NCBI RefSeq assembly: GCF_964204645.1
Contig: NC_134026.1
Location: forward strand, 18,138,150-18,202,149
DNA from: Tubulanus polymorphus
Taxonomy: Eukaryota; Animalia; Nemertea
DNA length: 64,000 nt
Reading direction: 5' to 3'
Shown: positions 11,801 to 21,752 of the stretch, in pieces
How positions within the stretch are numbered: the stretch's first letter is position 1
How the letters are laid out: every line of letters starts with the position of its first letter
Notes under the pieces: generated by a model
Database searches by the model: none
Seen by the model: only the letters and a program-made list of their open reading frames with translations
What the model was told of the DNA's origin: nothing
Made by a program: the position numbers and the translations under genes

Positions 11801-12480
11801 CCAGTGATGGCCGTATCGTGAATCTCGTGGGTAAAATCTTCGGAGTAGGGTCCGTTTTCCAACGCGGCCAATAACTTGTAAGGACTTGGGCCGCTGCCGG
11901 TACATATTAGTTTGATGGCATGTTTTGGTCCGCACACTGCCTGTTTGAATGTCCTGATCACAGTTAGTTTTGCATCGACAATCGATTTCAGCCAACCACC
12001 GTACGGTCCTCGTAAATAGTTTAGAAACTTCGTTATCGTTCTTGTGTTGGCATAGCTTAATGCACGACTTTGCGATTTGAATCGTATAAAGATTGCATTT
12101 CTTGGTCCATGATAGTACAAGTACAGGGCACGATGACCGTTTATGATTGTTGAATTGGACGTCAGACGCCTGCAATCGAAAACCATCGGTTTTACAAAGA
12201 GACTGGCATCTGTGTATATACCGTCGATGGTTAATCGGTCGATGTGTTGTTTTTCTTCGATACATCGTTTCAATACTTGTTGGGGTACACCGTCTTTGTC
12301 TAATTTTTGCCTGGGGTCTGAATAGACCAAATGTTCTTCTTGACAAACGTTAGAGTAGTGGATATTGAGATCGGTGGTTGTTGAAGAATCATTGTGATTT
12401 AGTTTTCTGTTCCAAAACTCTTTTTCTTCATTCACACTTTGTCTACTTGTAACAGCACCCCCGCTTTGTAAATTTTTCAT
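5821..12480 (-). CDS. Family B DNA polymerase, viral type, 2219 aa
   Basis: ExoI SIDLETG, ExoII IGYNSTCFDW, ExoIII YNLIDV, motif A VDATNMYP, motif B QKALKLLLNIVYG, motif C NADTDS, in the correct order; intronless. Confidence 0.95.
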   Translation of the reverse strand: MKNLQSGGAVTSRQSVNEEKEFWNRKLNHNDSSTTTDLNIHYSNVCQEEHLVYSDPRQKLDKDGVPQQVLKRCIEEKQHIDRLTIDGIYTDASLFVKPMVFDCRRLTSNSTIINGHRALYLYYHGPRNAIFIRFKSQSRALSYANTRTITKFLNYLRGPYGGWLKSIVDAKLTVIRTFKQAVCGPKHAIKLICTGSGPSPYKLLAALENGPYSEDFTHEIHDTAITGYTRHMVSKSTKPIGVMRRDTARQQQCSSEIEIDQHKTWDYETLCNGDNNQNTSANNTQTHGFYNEEAMSSFDATLPHIKSRREKDDEIKYFQSHVYYKDITFPYSDREIEIVEPLPNDDSECMDIDEEENELLGSLDFRQLEPNTYKGKLLTKLARKLAETIDLCCENDVKDPLGADEVYYDDDTQIIPEHWYHMDAEKMNEEITKVYREEIRRKAETERINVTERFEDAGADFTEDDVDYSINYKRKEWDYTRKLSGYIMKRQVHQLAELLKEMRDELNDAAEPLIISWDKDLKRKVLHPLTKNVNLYQSDDVFSHFVFEMSSMASRSGVLNAECIVTSDIIDQVRLRLVEITSALRNVATTFWRTEIVALEDKNVSKQRNETREEIAKTIVTNLECVSIDLETGFEKNAIPTSQCDPIISAVASKFNHEKTPQGNYTFQEHVLFLVKPPNDPKTGKPPPKQKTEGSGDLEKIIEDVKLHIKGDPDDEEVQEKLNAFLKKVDLNMIPNETVFIEECDTEAELIVKMTLYLRDCPILIGYNSTCFDWSVFENRMRATVPCVSGKIEPKEYVLELKQKRNNKTANKITKPKSMFNNAFHLCLSHRMDTKAKLVFKVNGEEQAKVIDKRKRDWEMIRGNRRIAGGTSTKLTEIMNSEVDKEAADFVKYFVLPPDIPREVSYEWWKSTRSKKSSGAVKKSTGKRKRAPSSTSSNNPSGKKRLLQNGASTSMSGLNNNTISGYESVDSTTSCSTTTSKRRRKGDTTTDNSDDDSVFFDDMDNHCVDVAFEEFANDPEDEGYLSEDEKTQQMAAIEGVQGVNDIFKRIKYIAVNNSTYVDMMPLVAQNAAKMIDLSTATFRQLGIKKLEHEKVKYTNLLDTYRNGETDIILEYNLIDVLLPAIMYIQKESLAFTTTVCMKTVQPPRTIYEDAPMCMVSGVLANNGTWFDKTVMPGTSKKITEEDMKKPGFKYDAIKHFEQLKQPGGIRGAVPEFIGTPCACVDATNMYPRAIMKENVGMTGMVTMEYIKRNNLKRGVHYDMEMLTTVDLDGNIVNLVVAKIKADQYKTIESFTCDDMLGNRLHFKRLMATEKDPFKKANYDQNQKALKLLLNIVYGFCGVMLALISALVTKYGRNQTLRMAHIWQTWYSDYIAKITQKWYAEKIANADTDSDFLLFGSELEFSDLSTFAKKLGLPEKSGTKTIITHSLTIVDEYLEFANRDQAPSKFLFEKYFHRGTVCQGQKNYCGPKVEKGGGGEYVVSFHVAGLVGMKNTATKLKTQMQYGSMYLLLDRDPIGSLTYGEEVYHMAYRTILIEEVIDEIETKLNQILSTEEKDDLRQQLCCGLKLLDPSKVQSKEKVGDMEKMKTVATKAAAKECKKKNLPLDKAPMYVTLTRSCQAQISGTQKKLLDTILVNCPIEKEEIKRKEESQKMKKLTSADLTKFDKTMVADSERYGFKYTPDQYRKTRTFRSAMKEMTDMRDTLMLNTSIMTVNKLKEEAKHLILTIEDKKTSSIGSSMKHGAIANKHSKIFSTIQQTKSMTDGEIKRKQLRNNLVGNLSERALNYMNNLDSYPMDRMCLRVMMSGNYAISTFDDFAAIGEPTTTDQLITKWAEECVDGNSSPILSTHKLNLSTTDETHKTVDLWALYTNRGRELMDFRWFVISIQHSTLYTIHKSGKDFINKVTSEPKCVSIGPDYNTWLNERVMLTQKKKSPIIPDYCIVDMYPYTIQTMTTPFITDNVNGYSELVNNDSFCLNRQNTFAYKCNGDLLLSALQKMRDIVDIGKNVYRVVQFTPILNSATFSVNTTTFDHKKTKRSRLHFKKPLQDIVIPCEIVRDDERQQSHWVRRQPGLCVYIDELIPLLEQKLSRSLKNPDNCLKMVFFQDLMELEISCVPKNRYGGTTMTPCTIPITHVKDRAVDSEIFGKLHTPREKMSFGTAQTVTAPTPTTLLPQASTSTTVQCTDSDFLDDDDVIYIETKNVTRNSNLVQTKLCFVPKL

Positions 12481-12760
12481 TGTAGCACACCTCGGCGGGT
12501 TGGTTGTCCACTAATGCCCTAATGGTTAAAATTTCAGACATTATATAAAATCGGACTTGTTATTTTTTTAACTTTTATAACATTTTTGTATCTCAAAAAA
12601 TGTAACTTCTTGGTACACACATGGAGAGGATACTTTATTAGGAATTACCCAAAAAGTCACATAAATTCCATCAACCCATGCGAACCTATAACATTTCTAC
12701 CTTTACTGCCAAGCTGTTAGCACACGCTTTTAGCCACTCCTGAGTGAATAAGAAACAAAA

Positions 12761-13483
12761 ATGGGATTTTTACCAAATCGCAAATGGTTGATTGAGGTAG
12801 ATGAATTGCAAAAGGAGCATTTTCATCGCCCACCACCAGCACCACCACAGATACTGGATGATGACGATAACGATGCCGATGACGAAGATGCCGAGTACGA
12901 TTTACAAGAAATGCAGGCCGCCAACTCTGTGTGCAATTACTTGAACAGACTTCGCTTTATGGCAAACATTGAATCTCTAACTGTAAAGCATGTAAAAGAC
13001 AATATAATGCAGTATAACTCGGCAATCACATCGCCGATAACGCAAAGGGATAGGACAATGTCCAATTCAGCATCGTCGCTTACCAATCCAACGACACCGA
13101 TTAACACTATCAAAACGGCAACTATCCCAAAATCGGCTGTACGTACTATCGAAGAATTTGACTCGGCGTTTACCCACATCGTAAAGAACGTTTACAATTT
13201 GGAAAATATATCGGATATCTTTGTTCGTGGCAGCAGAGACATGGACAGTAATCTTCAATTATTGTACGAGATTTTATGTGATTTCTCTGCTTGGATAGAC
13301 TCGTCGTGTTACTCTGAATGCAAAGACTTTGAGACACTGCTACACCGCAGTAAAATTAACTTTTTCTCGCAAAATGCCCGTATTTTAGGATCACTGCTAT
13401 TGGGTATGGTGATGGACTGTGATCACGAATCTGTAATGCCAGAATGCAAAGAACTGTATGGACAGGCTATCGAAACAATGTAA
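12761..13483 (+). CDS. Hypothetical protein (240 aa), divergent from the polymerase
   Basis: Intact ORF, AAAATGG start context, AATAAA near 13521. Confidence 0.75.
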   Translation: MGFLPNRKWLIEVDELQKEHFHRPPPAPPQILDDDDNDADDEDAEYDLQEMQAANSVCNYLNRLRFMANIESLTVKHVKDNIMQYNSAITSPITQRDRTMSNSASSLTNPTTPINTIKTATIPKSAVRTIEEFDSAFTHIVKNVYNLENISDIFVRGSRDMDSNLQLLYEILCDFSAWIDSSCYSECKDFETLLHRSKINFFSQNARILGSLLLGMVMDCDHESVMPECKELYGQAIETM

Positions 13484-13642
13484 TAACATTCACACAATTA
13501 ATTTTTCTCAAAAGTAGATAAATAAAAAAACGTCAAATCTCTGTGTTATATGTTGTGATAATAAAATTTATTGTTAATTTATGTTACAAAAAATCAGCTT
13601 TTTATTTCATTTAACATTTTGTACAGGTCATTTTGTCATCAT

Positions 13643-15343
13643 TTACAATCCCCCACCCCCAGTAGCAATACATGTTTCAGTCTGTTTGATCCCCGAGCCG
13701 ATACTTTGATTGCCCTCGGCCAGCACAATACCCACACCAACGATAATGTTGAATAAAATGACAAGTCCACCACAACAACAATTGAAAATATAAGCAGAAG
13801 TGCACACCGGGTCCACAATCACGATTTCGTTCTGATTCGAGGAAAATGTGGCCACATTGGCTGCCATACCTATCCATATAAACCCAGTCACAACATGCAT
13901 AACGGGAAAAACCATTGCCCACTTTTTGTAGGTGGTCAATCGTTTTTGTATCATGTACTTAACGGATCTATTCCGTTTCTTGAACTTTTTCTCGTGAGAT
14001 AGGGGATATTCGCTGGGTAAAGAGTCTAATCCCAACATTGTTTTATTGGGGATGTTTGACGACACGGTTCTAAGTGACTTTTCCATGTTCAAGTCCTCGA
14101 TTACACTTTTAGCCGTGGCTGCGTGCTCCTGTGCCGGGTGATCGGCGGTGGTTGATGTGGGTACCGCTGATGTTTGTGATTGTGTGGTATTGCGACGACG
14201 AAGAATCGTCTTGTAAAAATTATCGTACTTACGGACTCTGCTGCCCACATGGGTTGTGGCCTTGTGCAAGGGCTCATAGAGTACAGAATCTCCGATAATT
14301 TTATCAATTTTATTCATTCTGTCCAATCTTTTGCGTTGTTGAAGCGCAGAGTTCTTGCCATTGACTATCATACCTGGTGGCCTGATGGTCAATTGTTGAC
14401 TATCTTCATCTACCGCTTCATCTTCGGATGATGATATGAGCATCTTGTGTAGCAAATTTTTAGCTTTTTCGGGTCCGTGAGATGATTTTGATTTTACTAA
14501 ACGTTGTCGTTCATCGACATTGCTATCGGAATCACTTGAGTCAGAGTCCTCTGAAAATTCAACTCGTTTTTTAGATTTTTTGGCGACAGCTCGATTTGGT
14601 GGTGGTTCAGTAGTAGAGTCCAAGTCATCTACGCCTGGTGGTTTTATACCATAACGTAGCTCTCGGACTCTATCTTTCACCGAGTGTATTAAATGTTTGT
14701 GGTATGAACCCTTACCAAATCGTTTGCGATATTTTCTATTCCATTCGTCCTGATCCTTGGCTATCGTGCGCACATACTTGCATAGAACTCTTATTTTAGT
14801 AAAGAGTATTTTGCTATACATAAATATAAGTACACCAAAAACCACCATGGAAAATTGGCAAAGTTCGACAAGTGAATCTAGACACTTGATCGGGGGTATG
14901 TCCTTAATGGCCGAGTAATAGTATACCAGTCTGAAGAAAAACATAAACATTACCAATATTATGAGCACAAATAGCACACATGCCTTTTTCTGTACATAAA
15001 CCTCTTTCTCAACAAGCCCTATACTCTCAACTTGTATGTTGCAGTAAGGGTTGTGAACCAGAAACAGATCGGATTGTGGGTCTGGGTAACTGGTGGTGGT
15101 GTCTGTTGGGTATTCACCGTCACCAATGGACGCAAAATCATCTCCATAGTCTGAGGATTGGTCGCTGACGCTACCACCATCTCCATCTGCTTCTATGTCT
15201 ATAGTTTCCAACTGTTGTTCGTCCACAACAACTGTGTTACTATCCCCTAAAGTCTGTTCTCTGTCGTCCGCATTTGATGAGGGGTCGATCAACAACATTG
15301 TTAGAGACGAAAATATATTTTCAAATTCCATTGACAAGTCCAA
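13643..15343 (-). CDS. Multi-pass membrane protein
   Basis: Two hydrophobic segments near the N-terminus (ACVLFVLIILVMFMFFF; FSMVVFGVLIFMY) and two near the C-terminus; true ATG may be MEFEN. Confidence 0.75.
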   Translation of the reverse strand: MDLSMEFENIFSSLTMLLIDPSSNADDREQTLGDSNTVVVDEQQLETIDIEADGDGGSVSDQSSDYGDDFASIGDGEYPTDTTTSYPDPQSDLFLVHNPYCNIQVESIGLVEKEVYVQKKACVLFVLIILVMFMFFFRLVYYYSAIKDIPPIKCLDSLVELCQFSMVVFGVLIFMYSKILFTKIRVLCKYVRTIAKDQDEWNRKYRKRFGKGSYHKHLIHSVKDRVRELRYGIKPPGVDDLDSTTEPPPNRAVAKKSKKRVEFSEDSDSSDSDSNVDERQRLVKSKSSHGPEKAKNLLHKMLISSSEDEAVDEDSQQLTIRPPGMIVNGKNSALQQRKRLDRMNKIDKIIGDSVLYEPLHKATTHVGSRVRKYDNFYKTILRRRNTTQSQTSAVPTSTTADHPAQEHAATAKSVIEDLNMEKSLRTVSSNIPNKTMLGLDSLPSEYPLSHEKKFKKRNRSVKYMIQKRLTTYKKWAMVFPVMHVVTGFIWIGMAANVATFSSNQNEIVIVDPVCTSAYIFNCCCGGLVILFNIIVGVGIVLAEGNQSIGSGIKQTETCIATGGGGL

Positions 15344-15390
15344 ATAGGAAATATTTGGTAGGGTTGTTCGCTCGCTAATGTTCGCCCAAA

Positions 15391-15497
15391 TTTGCTTATT
15401 TCTCCTCTTGTAACGTGTGAGATAAAATTCTCGAACAATGACTCACTGACTTCCAGGTTACAAGAGGAGAAATAAGGTTACGAGAGGAGAAATAAGC
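15391..15497. repeat. Hairpin element copy 2
   Basis: One forward 20-bp unit at 15395-15414 and two inverted units at 15457-15496. Confidence 0.85.
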
Positions 15498-15643
15498 TAC
15501 AAAGTCCCGACATAGAAAGGCAAAGCATAGACACACTATAATATAATTTTCATTTTTACACATTTATTATTGAAATATAAAAGTATAAAAGTATGTACAA
15601 GATTATTTTTACACATTTTACAATTCATGTTCACAATTTACAA

Positions 15644-17665
15644 TTACGCATTATTATTACCAACATAGTACATGGTGATCATTTCAACACTGTTGCCAAC
15701 AAACTTTTTATAATGTTCGGTTTTCATTAAAAGTGCCTTCAAGCCGATGTACGACTTGGTGATATATCCAACATTGTATCTTTGCACGATTCCAGTACGA
15801 GCACGATTAGCGGACACCCGCATGTGTTCTTCGGCTAGGCGAAGAGCAGAGAGTTTTTCCTCTTTCACTTGGGTACGCGTAAATTCATGGCGGTCATTAT
15901 ACCACTCTGGTTTAAGTCCACCATCTCGGTTAATATATCCATACTTTTCGGGCATTTGCACAAGTTCGATTGCATAGTCTAGTTTGTCCAGTGAATTTTG
16001 GATATTTGCCGCCACTGTGGTTGCCGCGTATAGTTGTTTTTCTCTATCGGTGAGAAACGACGCAACTCTTGTGAATTCCCGCCTTTCACGCACAAGTGCA
16101 TCGTATACAGCTGCTGCCTCCTCGTCGTCGCTGGCCTGGCTCTCGTTATCATCGTCAAAGACAGAATTTGTAACCTCGTCTGTCAATAACGATTGATAAA
16201 ACAGACTTTTGGATACCATACTAAGTCCAACAATGTTTATTTCACATTCGCGACGCATTAGGTCGACTTCTTCCAACAATTCAATGAGACCGTCCTCGTA
16301 GTCAATTGGATTTTTCACAACTGCCCTGTATAGCTTGATCAGTTTGTACGCGAGTAGATTGAGACAAGCACGGGTACGTTGTAGATTACGACTTGTATAT
16401 TTGCCCGGCATATGTTTAGCGGTGCTGTGTTCAAATAGTCCATTGGCTGCTGCCGTGTCATTTTGTTGTGCTGCGGGAAACGTGTGAGTGTTCTCAAACA
16501 GCAAGTACTCGCAAAGCATACGAGCCGTGGAAATCGCGTAAACTTGGAAAATTGGCACCGCTAAATCCAAGATGAGAGTTTTGAATTTTAATGGTCCCTC
16601 TGTGTTAATGTACTTGAAGATTGCTCCGTGTGTTTGCTCTACCACTTCCAATTCGTCGGTTGCTGTGAACATATACTTCACATAATCGAAGAACGTGTTG
16701 TGGAATCGTTGTGGCTCTTTTTTCAACATGAGAGCTTTAAACTTGGCGAACTCGGGCACTTGTTTAAACAATTCCAAGCGATCGACAAGTTTTAGTTCTT
16801 TCTGTTGTTCTTCTGACTCTCGGATAAACTCCTCGTCGCCCAGAGACCACGTCGTAGGCGTAATTTGTCCATTCATTAGGTTGTGTAACTTATCGGTATC
16901 AGAGTTGGTGTTATTGTATAAGAATTCGATCGCCTCAGGTATAGTAAACGTGGTCATTTTGTTGTCGGTGCTAGAACTCGCCAACCGATTCTTGAAACTT
17001 TTATTCACAAGTTTAGAATCGTAGATATTTGCATTGATATAGTCCGACACCGTTGATTGCTCAGATGTATCATCTGCTACAACTTTAGTTGAGGTTTTTT
17101 TAACCATGTCCATAAGTTTATCCAACCACATGCGATCGTCGGGTAAGTTAGCTTGTTGAGCTGGTTTGGGTACTCTATCGATATCTTGCGATTCGTCCAT
17201 GGTAGGTGTATCATTACCACCACCATCACAATTTTGTGAATCTTTGCTTGTGCAGAGTGAAGTTCGAATGCGCTTTTCTTCTTGTTGAATTCTCAATGCA
17301 GTGATCGGTGTTGGTCGATATTCATGCTGGTCGACTGATGATCTGGGTCTTTTGTTGTTGACTCTGGTGGGTACATAACTCGCTAAACCGGATAATCCTG
17401 ACAACTGCATAATTGTTGATACTGATGATGCAGGAGCTGCTGTTTGTTGTTGTTGTGAACTGTACTGGGTATATTGCTGTTCTTGTTGCTGCGGCGTCGA
17501 TTGTGATGGTCTCAATACTTGCTGAGTACTACCTACTGTAACGAGATCCGTATAACCATTGTGCTGTATCGGGGTAACTGGTTGTTGCTGAAGCTGGAGC
17601 TGCTGATCGTATTGTAAACTGTCACCAAAGCTGTAAATATTACAATCCAGTCCGGGGTACGACAT
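15644..17665 (-). CDS. Hypothetical protein (673 aa) with Q-rich N-terminus
   Basis: Long intact ORF; polyA signal (tttatt) downstream. Confidence 0.8.
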   Translation of the reverse strand: MSYPGLDCNIYSFGDSLQYDQQLQLQQQPVTPIQHNGYTDLVTVGSTQQVLRPSQSTPQQQEQQYTQYSSQQQQTAAPASSVSTIMQLSGLSGLASYVPTRVNNKRPRSSVDQHEYRPTPITALRIQQEEKRIRTSLCTSKDSQNCDGGGNDTPTMDESQDIDRVPKPAQQANLPDDRMWLDKLMDMVKKTSTKVVADDTSEQSTVSDYINANIYDSKLVNKSFKNRLASSSTDNKMTTFTIPEAIEFLYNNTNSDTDKLHNLMNGQITPTTWSLGDEEFIRESEEQQKELKLVDRLELFKQVPEFAKFKALMLKKEPQRFHNTFFDYVKYMFTATDELEVVEQTHGAIFKYINTEGPLKFKTLILDLAVPIFQVYAISTARMLCEYLLFENTHTFPAAQQNDTAAANGLFEHSTAKHMPGKYTSRNLQRTRACLNLLAYKLIKLYRAVVKNPIDYEDGLIELLEEVDLMRRECEINIVGLSMVSKSLFYQSLLTDEVTNSVFDDDNESQASDDEEAAAVYDALVRERREFTRVASFLTDREKQLYAATTVAANIQNSLDKLDYAIELVQMPEKYGYINRDGGLKPEWYNDRHEFTRTQVKEEKLSALRLAEEHMRVSANRARTGIVQRYNVGYITKSYIGLKALLMKTEHYKKFVGNSVEMITMYYVGNNNA

Positions 17666-18020
17666 TTCGTAACTTCTGGAACTTGAGAATAATTAAAAAA
17701 TTGCGTGAGATGTTGTCTGTCCGAGTAGATGAATTGAAAGTGAGAATGGTGCAATTCGTTTCATTAAAACCAAGTCCGTAAGTTAGAAAAATATTTTCTC
17801 ACCCACAGACATTCTCTGTTAACTTTACTTGTGTTACGAAAAAAGGTACCTCACCGTACATGTAATGTTAGATTGTTACATTTGGGTTACAAAAGTTTAT
17901 ACCTCACCAAACCATGTATTTAATCAGTTCGTTTTTCTCACCAGCCATCATTCCATTGGAATACTCTCATCTGAACACACACGTCCACAACCCAGCAGTT
18001 ACCCTGGCCAAGCTACAATA

Positions 18021-20723
18021 ATGGGAAAGACTACTAGAAGTTCAAGTCGCGGAAAAAAGACCGAGTCTGCATCGCAGTCAAAAGAGCAAGATGTCGTTAA
18101 TGACAGCGGGACCAGTGGTGGTAGCCGAAAGAGAAAACGTTCTCCGTCTCCTACACATCCAACCAAGAAACACTCAAGTAGCAGCAGTAAATCAACAAGC
18201 AAAAGTTCGAAACACGAAGAGTCGTCACAATCGTCAACCCACCATCGACACAGAGATGAAAAACGTGTCCACGCTTCATCATCCAGTCAAAAAGCAGTGG
18301 ATAGTAAACCACCACCAGCAACAGAGCAGCGATTGTCTTCCGGATCTCGCGGTAAAACATCAAAGTCGAGCAGCAGTAAACGAAACGAACCTGTACCCGA
18401 GCCTGAACCTGAAACATCATCGTCAAGATCGTCCAAGTCAAAAAGTCGCAAAGTACCATATCCCGAGCCTGAATCGTCAGAGTCCGAGTCTGAGCAAGAA
18501 GCCGAGGAAGCCGACGATTCTGAAGATGAGGAGGAGGAGGATGGTGAGGGTGAATATGAACAACTACAACTTATTGAAGATCCCCAAGTGGAACTAGAAG
18601 AAGAGGCAGAAGGAGAGGAAAATGAGGCAGAAGAATCTGGTGAGGATGACGACTCTGATTCCGAAGATGATGGTGAAGAAAGCAGTGAAGGTGAACAAAG
18701 TGACCATGGAGAAGACAAAGATAAAGATGAACCACAGGCTCAAAGATACGAAGATATGGAAACCCAGGCGCCAACAGAAGAGCAGCAAAACGATACCCAG
18801 GATAATGGTGTTGACAATTTATCCAACTGTGCTGGTGCTGAAGTTGGTGATAATAACAATCAAACCACCACTGTCGTAGTTGAAGCTGTCGTGCATAGAT
18901 CGACTACACCAGAGAAAGATAGACCGGAGCGGCCAAACGAAGAGACAGTGTCCAAACCTTCCTATCGACAGAAACCGCAAAAACAAAAACCTAGCAACGA
19001 TACTATCCCGAAAGCGCCACACAATTCACCAGTCAACCAACTACCTGAAATGTCGAAAAATAAAGCACCTTCGTCTATAACGAGTACAAATATCATAGAA
19101 AATGTTTCGTTCATAAGCGCTGTTGGTGAAGCAACAACAACAACAACTCCAGTATCGTCATCTAGAAGACATTCAACACAACCCAAAGAAGAACGACCAG
19201 CTGCACCATTGGCGACAGAAACAACGGGGGCAGATCGTGATATTTTATTACAATTCGAAGAATTGCGCAAACGATGGGAGTGCATTGTCGGGTTACACGT
19301 TTCTAATCGTGATACATCGATAAAATATCAACAGGAACGAATGTTGAAGATGTTTAGTGCCCGTTTCGAATTTCTTCAACTTGCGTTTAGACATTTTAAA
19401 TTGAAACACGCAGAGGACTTGAAAAACGGTCTGTGTGGCGAAAATCCACTTACCCAAACAATCGACTTGGATTCCATACTCAACTGGTCGCATTTCTCGT
19501 CGTCAGGCTTTGGTGATACCTATCACGGCAGAGTGATACAAAATTACGAGAATCCGAAAGAAACCTATAAGGATCGTATTATCAAAATGAACAATATGTT
19601 GTCTAGCGAGGCGGCTGCTGCAAATGCTAAAAAAACATTCGAACCTGTAGTGCTAGCTAACGTGAGCAATATGTTGGACTTGGTCAATGTTCAACACTCT
19701 TACACGGATAATAAAGAAACTCGGATGAAAAAACGCCGTGACAACGACGCCTCTGCTGATATGATCACAACTCTGGCTGTTACGATGGCCACGGAGTTTA
19801 ACAAACGCAATGTGCAAAAGAAAGAAGAATCGAACGAATTGGATTTTTTAGACGGCCTGTGTCCCATGTACGGCTCCATGGGCATATTACCCACCAACTA
19901 CCCGAGTCTGATTTTCGATCGAGACACCGCCGACAAATACATCAGCCACGCTTTGTTGACTTGTCCCATCACCCCAGGCATGCACAACGGAGCCATGATG
20001 TGTTTGATTCTCGAATCGATACTGCTACACTTGAACATTTTGTTCCCAATTGAAAACGATCAAATTTGGGAGCATATCACCGGAACAACTCTAACCGAAC
20101 ATCAAACGGCTATGGCCAAGGACGATAACGATATTCATGCTGTTTTTCTTCAAATCAGTGCCATGGAGACTGCTGATCACACAATAGTCGTTATTCAACG
20201 CTGCCTGGAAGCGCTACTCAAAAACACTGGTGTAAAGTACAACACCAAGGACATTTTTGGATTTATTATGCAGAGCATCACATGCAATCGCAATCTGACT
20301 CTGATAACGGATAAATATGCCAGGTACAACAAGACGGATTATCAAATGAACTTGGATAGACTTTTGGTGTCTTTTGATTTGGTGAAAAATCATAAAGTCA
20401 GTGAATCGCTACGCGTACAAGTTGACGACAACGGCAAAATCGTTAGCATAGGTGGTAAGAATAACGCCGCCAGTAGTGATAATGCTAGCGATGGTTCTTG
20501 TGCCGTGGTTGGTGGCTGTTCGCTCGAAGCTGCCAAAATTATCGAAACCGTTCAAAAAAGATGGATGCTACCCAGCAAGAAACGATTAAAATCAGCTAGA
20601 CATAAACTGAACTTGCAACAATTGCCAGTGTTACGCACCGAAACTTGTGAATTTGTTCGCATTGAACTACCCACATACATTCAGAACTCTTATAAGCAAA
20701 TCTCTATCATGAGTGGAGTTTAA
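18021..20723 (+). CDS. Hypothetical protein (about 900 aa) with Ser/basic and acidic disordered N-half
   Basis: ATG at 18021 (MGKTTRS); NLS-like RKRKR; AATAAA near 20778. Confidence 0.8.
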   Translation: MGKTTRSSSRGKKTESASQSKEQDVVNDSGTSGGSRKRKRSPSPTHPTKKHSSSSSKSTSKSSKHEESSQSSTHHRHRDEKRVHASSSSQKAVDSKPPPATEQRLSSGSRGKTSKSSSSKRNEPVPEPEPETSSSRSSKSKSRKVPYPEPESSESESEQEAEEADDSEDEEEEDGEGEYEQLQLIEDPQVELEEEAEGEENEAEESGEDDDSDSEDDGEESSEGEQSDHGEDKDKDEPQAQRYEDMETQAPTEEQQNDTQDNGVDNLSNCAGAEVGDNNNQTTTVVVEAVVHRSTTPEKDRPERPNEETVSKPSYRQKPQKQKPSNDTIPKAPHNSPVNQLPEMSKNKAPSSITSTNIIENVSFISAVGEATTTTTPVSSSRRHSTQPKEERPAAPLATETTGADRDILLQFEELRKRWECIVGLHVSNRDTSIKYQQERMLKMFSARFEFLQLAFRHFKLKHAEDLKNGLCGENPLTQTIDLDSILNWSHFSSSGFGDTYHGRVIQNYENPKETYKDRIIKMNNMLSSEAAAANAKKTFEPVVLANVSNMLDLVNVQHSYTDNKETRMKKRRDNDASADMITTLAVTMATEFNKRNVQKKEESNELDFLDGLCPMYGSMGILPTNYPSLIFDRDTADKYISHALLTCPITPGMHNGAMMCLILESILLHLNILFPIENDQIWEHITGTTLTEHQTAMAKDDNDIHAVFLQISAMETADHTIVVIQRCLEALLKNTGVKYNTKDIFGFIMQSITCNRNLTLITDKYARYNKTDYQMNLDRLLVSFDLVKNHKVSESLRVQVDDNGKIVSIGGKNNAASSDNASDGSCAVVGGCSLEAAKIIETVQKRWMLPSKKRLKSARHKLNLQQLPVLRTETCEFVRIELPTYIQNSYKQISIMSGV

Positions 20724-21559
20724 ATTTTGTAAATGAATGTACATATATTTATGCGTGTGATTTGAATAGTTTGATGTAATAAAATCATGTAATTGTAAAT
20801 TTATTGTAATTTTTTACGTGTTGTGATTTGGTAACAATTGTCAGGAGTGAGGATTTTTTTGTATCTCAGATTTTGTATCTCGCTTTTGTAACTCAAACAA
20901 CTATATTAGACCATGACCGAACTTTAGTGATTTGTTCGCACATTCTAATCATGGAACAAGCCAGAGAACACTACCGATCATTCGTACACGAAGTCATATT
21001 GGGTGGCTCACCAGGGGCAGGTAAAACAAGCATGATTCAAAAACTGATGCCACTGCTTGACAAAACTCTTCGTGACACTCATGTAGTATTTCTCAACGGC
21101 AAGCCGTGGTCATATACTTATTAAATTTCTTCATCAAGAAGGGTAAAAACATTGGTTGGTTCAGAAAAATATGGACTTCTAATATTTAACTGAATTTTTA
21201 GAAAACAAGAATATATATAAAATTTTACATCAAAAATGTACTCCAAAAACGTACTAACTACTCTACTATATAATGTCGAGGGGCCCATATTTACATTTTT
21301 GTACTCTCGTTTTATTTTTTGCTCACATGTGTGTTTAGTGTGTTTATGCTATTGTAATGTCTCTCTGCTAGTAATATCTAATGATTTGTTGGCGTTTTTG
21401 CTTACATCCTCGCAGTATTTTGCTAGCGCAGCGGTTCCCCGGCACATATCGCGCTATTCGCGCTCTCAGCCCGCTTCGCCAAAGAAAAAAAGATGGACAA
21501 TGTTTTTGCGCGGAGTCATGCATTATTAGAGTTACCAGAATTTTTACAAGTCCAAATGG

Positions 21560-21625
21560 GCTTATTTCTCCTCTTGTATCTTTAGTTCTCCTCTTGTAAC
21601 CCGGGTGAGAAATGGAGAAATAAGC
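21560..21625. repeat. Hairpin element copy 3
   Basis: gcttatttctcctcttgta...ctcctcttgtaac...ggagaaataagc. Confidence 0.8.
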
Positions 21626-21752
21626 GTGTTTGGTAACAAATTCAAGAGAGATTTTTACGAACGCATGTTGTCTCGTGGTCAAGCCGATGAGCTTAAAAGG
21701 ATTTGAACGAGAATACATGCATTATTTGCATCGGGCCAACATGGTTCACTAT

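Noticed and set aside
5821-12480. Polinton/Maverick or host replicative polymerase
   Set aside because: Too large for a protein-primed polymerase and no rve integrase is seen; intronless and lacking a recognisable C-terminal Cys cluster typical of eukaryotic Pol alpha/delta/zeta.
6111-20053. Numerous short antisense or alternate-frame ORFs
   Set aside because: Shadows of the long coding ORFs, with no independent motifs.
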